Assembly (NCBI GenBank): GCA_030248215.1
Contig: JASANG010001519.1
Coordinates: 62,001-126,000 of the forward strand
DNA length: 64,000 nucleotides
Direction of reading: 5' to 3'
Origin: Enoplolaimus lenunculus
Taxonomy: Eukaryota
In this document: in pieces, positions 61,025 to 64,000 of the stretch
How positions within the stretch are numbered: position 1 is the first letter of the stretch
Layout: the number at the start of each line of letters is the position of its first letter
Translations under genes and position numbers: made by a program
Notes under the pieces: model-generated
The model's input: only the letters and a program-made list of their open reading frames with translations
Told to the model about the DNA's origin: nothing
Databases searched by the model: none

Positions 61025-61596
61025 CACAACTGGTGAATGTATGACGGACGGTTCTATCCCCTGCATATTACTATGTATTTGTATACTCTTGAAACTAACA
61101 AGATACTTTTGAGCAATTATAACGTAACTCGAGAAGAGCGACAACCCGGCGATGCCGTCAGAAAGTTTTGGGTTCTGGAATTACGATCAATTCATGCAGT
61201 ATACAGTTTCGACGATGTTCACAGGAATATAAACAAAAAATCGTTAGTTTCGGTATCGGTAATTTGGGTCTCGGTCTCTGTCTTAATTTTTGACCGAGAC
61301 TGCCCATCCCTAATTGCAAGATAGTTATAAATAAGTTGGTTGACTTGTTGACAGTTTTCAATTCAGTAGATAAACCTGAATTTTATCTGAAGCCGAAAAA
61401 AGCCGGACTTGTGTGTTTTTATTCTCAACACGACTGCATTGATTTATGATTAAGGTTCCTCAATGTGGGAAAGCAACATTGAGTTGCGGCCAAATAGTCC
61501 GCAAAACGGAAACACAATCGTAAAACAGCGCATGCAACACGTATACATAGGACTAAATCACCACAAGACGTGAGAGCCCCCTCGGGCGAGCGTCAA

Positions 61597-61668
61597 GCTC
61601 CTATAGCTGAGTGGTGATGGTATACGCCTCCCACGCCAGTCACCTGAGTTCGAATCCTAGGATAAAAG
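61597..61668 (+). pseudogene. tRNA-like SINE head (degenerate)
   Basis: A-box TAGCTGAGTGGT and B-box GAGTTCGAATCC at tRNA-like spacing; cloverleaf incomplete. Confidence 0.5.
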
Positions 61669-61966
61669 TAGGTCTCAGGGGAAATTGAAAATATTCATGT
61701 GAGAAAGGGTTTAAAACATTATAAGGTCAGGAAAATTTTGGTTATCGTACAGCTGTTGGCTTTATAACTGATTTCTTTTATATGGTAACAATGAAAAAAA
61801 TTGCCTCACAAACGTTATCTCGGTTGTTATTTTCAAAGTCGTCCATCCAACATACGACCATTTTTACCTAAAATCATTTTGTACTTGATACTTGGATGGC
61901 CATGGTAAACTTGGACTGCGCTTCTACTCGTTTCGCATGGTTAAGTATCCTGATCATATTGTTGTA

Positions 61967-62607
61967 CACACTATTAAATTGTCTTATATTCAAGAAATAT
62001 TGTCTGAAATTTAAGACAATTATGTATTGATACTGACTCCAGACATGTCTTGAATACCAGATTTGATTTTTTTGATTTTTCAGAAATATAGCTCTGAAAT
62101 ATTCAGACCAAATTTAAAAATTTGTCTCATGAACGATTCAGGCAATTATTTCTGAAATATATGACAAATATTTATGAAATACAACACAAATTTTTTCCAC
62201 GGAAAACGACTCCAAAATTGGGGGCTTAATCCCAACCAAACGTCCAAATTTTACATCGTATACATTCAAGACAAACTTAGGTTGGGTGAAGCTTAAGCTC
62301 AACCCCCAAATATCCTTGAAATTTGATACACTCCTAAGGATATAAAACGGAGGAACTTTTTTACGTACATAAAAATCAGAAAATTAGTTTTGAATATAAG
62401 ACGTCTATTTTTTAAAGAAAGAAATTTATGTCTTATAAATTGGCAACAGTAACTTCTTAAAGATAAAGACAGTTTGTTTTAATCATTTAAGACAAAAAAT
62501 TTTGAGCTTTTTAATGGCAGCTAATGTCCGAAATACAAGATACTTATGTTTTGAAAATTTAAGAAAATATGAGTCTTGAAAATTCAGGACTATTTATTTT
62601 GTGTGTG
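61967..62607. mobile_element. Old CACAC-ended MITE with TCAAGAC/GTCTTGA subterminal repeats
   Basis: TA-CACAC...GTGTG-TA with imperfect long inverted arms. Confidence 0.5.
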
Positions 62608-63598
62608 TAATGTTTCATTTTGCATTAATTTAGTTTGATGTGCTTCGGCAAATGAATTTGAATATAAAAATTGAAATCGTAAAATGAACGGTTGTTCCAA
62701 TAGTTGCACGCTCCAAGAACAAATTCCAGTTGATTTTTGCTTTTGTAGCGGTTAAATGCTGGCTGGCTGTGGTAAAACAATATTAAATCGCAGTTTAAGC
62801 TGCAATCAGTTTTTGGCCAACAAACTTCTTGAGAAGAAGAAGGAACGTATACTGATGCTATTTTAGGATTGCAATTTTATGGAAAAGTTCAAATTTTTGT
62901 TTTAAAGCACTGTGTAGGAATTAATAATGCAATCAGGATGTACGTCCTAGAACAACAAAAAGTTGTAGTTTCTTTTCTATTTCGTTCTATATAGTTGTAA
63001 AAGAATTTGATAAACTTCAACATGCTTGAGTGTTCAGTAACGGAAATTAGTTATTTTGAAGTTTCTTGAATTTCAGCTACTAGTTTTTAATGACTAGTTT
63101 GTAGAGACAAGTCTTAAGTTCCATTCGGACAAAAACCCGGATTTGGTTTATTTGCCTGCTAGTTAGACTGATGGTGGCAGACACCACCTTTAATTTAATT
63201 TACAGCTACTGGTTCTGATTATGTAGTGAGATAAATGCACTCAAAAGGAAACTATGACTCTTGTCAAAATGTATGACTTTTAAACCTACAAAGTGAGCTA
63301 CGTGCTATTTACTAAGCTAGTTACAATATTATAACACCTGTAAAACATTTTCTTTCTGCGTGCGTAGTTCCCGTACACAATGCTTGTACGACGAGTCTAT
63401 ATAATTATGTTCAAATCGAGCTGTACTTATGTAATGTGCGTTCAAGTATTTTCGGTATGAAAATTACCGAAAGATTTTTATTTTGTGAAAATATATAAAC
63501 TGCGTTTGTTGTGGTAGGTTCCGCTGCCTTCATGTAAGGCTCTGCATTCCTGCGCGCAATGTAGGTGTTGTGCTAGTGCGAAGCGGTTGAAACATTTG

Positions 63599-63670
63599 AC
63601 CACGGCTGGATTGGAACCGGCGGCTTTTGGCTAACGGATCCAACGCTTTTACCAAATTAGGTTTCGTGGC
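63599..63670 (-). pseudogene. tRNA-like (Thr-CGT-like) SINE head
   Basis: Reverse strand GCCACGA...TTTGGTA...TTGGATCCGTTAGCCAA...GGTTCCAATCCAGCCGTGGT; the 3' part ACCACGGCTGGATT recurs at 63950. Confidence 0.5.
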
Positions 63671-64000
63671 ACTGCTTCATCTACTTGTGTTAGTAACTAT
63701 TGTATGCGTTGTTTACCAGTGTACTACGCTGGTGTACTGCATATGACTTAATTTGTGTGCTACTCATTATTCTATCATGAATACCCATATCCACTTTTTT
63801 GAGAGGGTCATCTCCACCCCTTCGCATCTGTTCATGGGCTCACAACACGTCTGTATGACCTTGCAGTCCCATCGTAGTCATCATGTAAGGTTACGTGGTC
63901 TTATGGGAAAAGTAGGGGTTATGTTAGTATGAAGTAGTTGAAACAATAAACCACGGCTGGATTCGAACTGAAAAACTGTTGTCGCGTTGATTGTTCTCTA

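Overview
AT-rich, intron-rich eukaryotic DNA, most likely a nematode. This is inferred from the TTTTCAG/TTTTAG acceptors, the LNRPxxxILDQ motif of nematode RdRPs and degenerate TTAGGC tracts. Three spliced genes can be rebuilt by hand. (1) Exocyst subunit Sec3/EXOC1 on +, with exons from 3128 to the stop at 11441; the N-terminal exons were not resolved. (2) A ~25.5-kb cellular RNA-dependent RNA polymerase gene on -, from ATG 39880 to stop 14344, with the catalytic DLDGD intact. (3) A TTLL15-type tubulin-tyrosine-ligase-like gene on +, 45602-53394, with an N-terminal membrane anchor. Introns and intergenic DNA hold many non-autonomous transposons: hAT-type MITEs with 8-bp TSDs, CACTG/TA and pogo-like MITEs, a 5-bp-TSD family, DINE-1/Helentron-like elements with ~175-bp internal tandem repeats (one nested three levels deep), and tRNA-derived SINE-like heads. 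No transposase was found. The least explained signals are two GC-richer, highly self-complementary non-coding islands. One is at 1933-2292 (Sm site plus U11-like motifs, and a partial HDV-ribozyme-like topology); the other is at 60126-60320. All folding and alignments were done by eye.
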